Below, piece after piece: positions 63,996 to 64,000 of a DNA stretch of 64,000 nucleotides. The stretch is from contig NC_043018.1 in assembly GCF_006345805.1 (NCBI RefSeq), forward strand, positions 24,490,001-24,554,000, given 5' to 3'. The stretch is from Octopus sinensis (Eukaryota). Under the pieces are notes generated by a model. It saw nothing but the letters and a program-made list of their open reading frames with translations, made no database searches and had not been told where the DNA came from. Made by a program: the position numbers and the translations under genes. Positions within the stretch are counted from its first letter, which is position 1. Every line of letters starts with the position of its first letter.

Positions 63996-64000
63996 ATCAT

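Overview
AT-rich, repeat-saturated animal genomic DNA. The SINE repertoire and the extreme (TA)n/(CA)n load look like a coleoid cephalopod, most likely Octopus; this is recognition from memory, not a database hit. I found no securely identifiable host gene, rRNA, functional tRNA or CRISPR array. Almost all ORFs in the supplied track are artefacts of microsatellites or SINEs. The window is probably intronic or intergenic. It contains several tRNA-headed SINE families (my own labels A, B, C, D, H, K, L), decayed LINE fragments (RTE, CR1/L2-like, R4/Dong-like), Tc1/Tigger/hAT/TTAA-type MITEs, non-autonomous Helitrons, fold-back elements and large compound microsatellites. The most interesting signal is a set of minimal type I hammerhead-ribozyme motifs in three different repeat families. 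One of them sits in a tRNA-headed SINE that inserted as a Penelope-style inverted dimer with a 10-bp target duplication (48429-48871). Other notable items: two SINE-B insertions into the same site of SINE-A, a 400-bp inverted duplication, two strong CTCF-like motifs, a CpG-retaining promoter-like island (about 34.8-35.8 kb) and a candidate minus-strand ATG exon (10191-10453).
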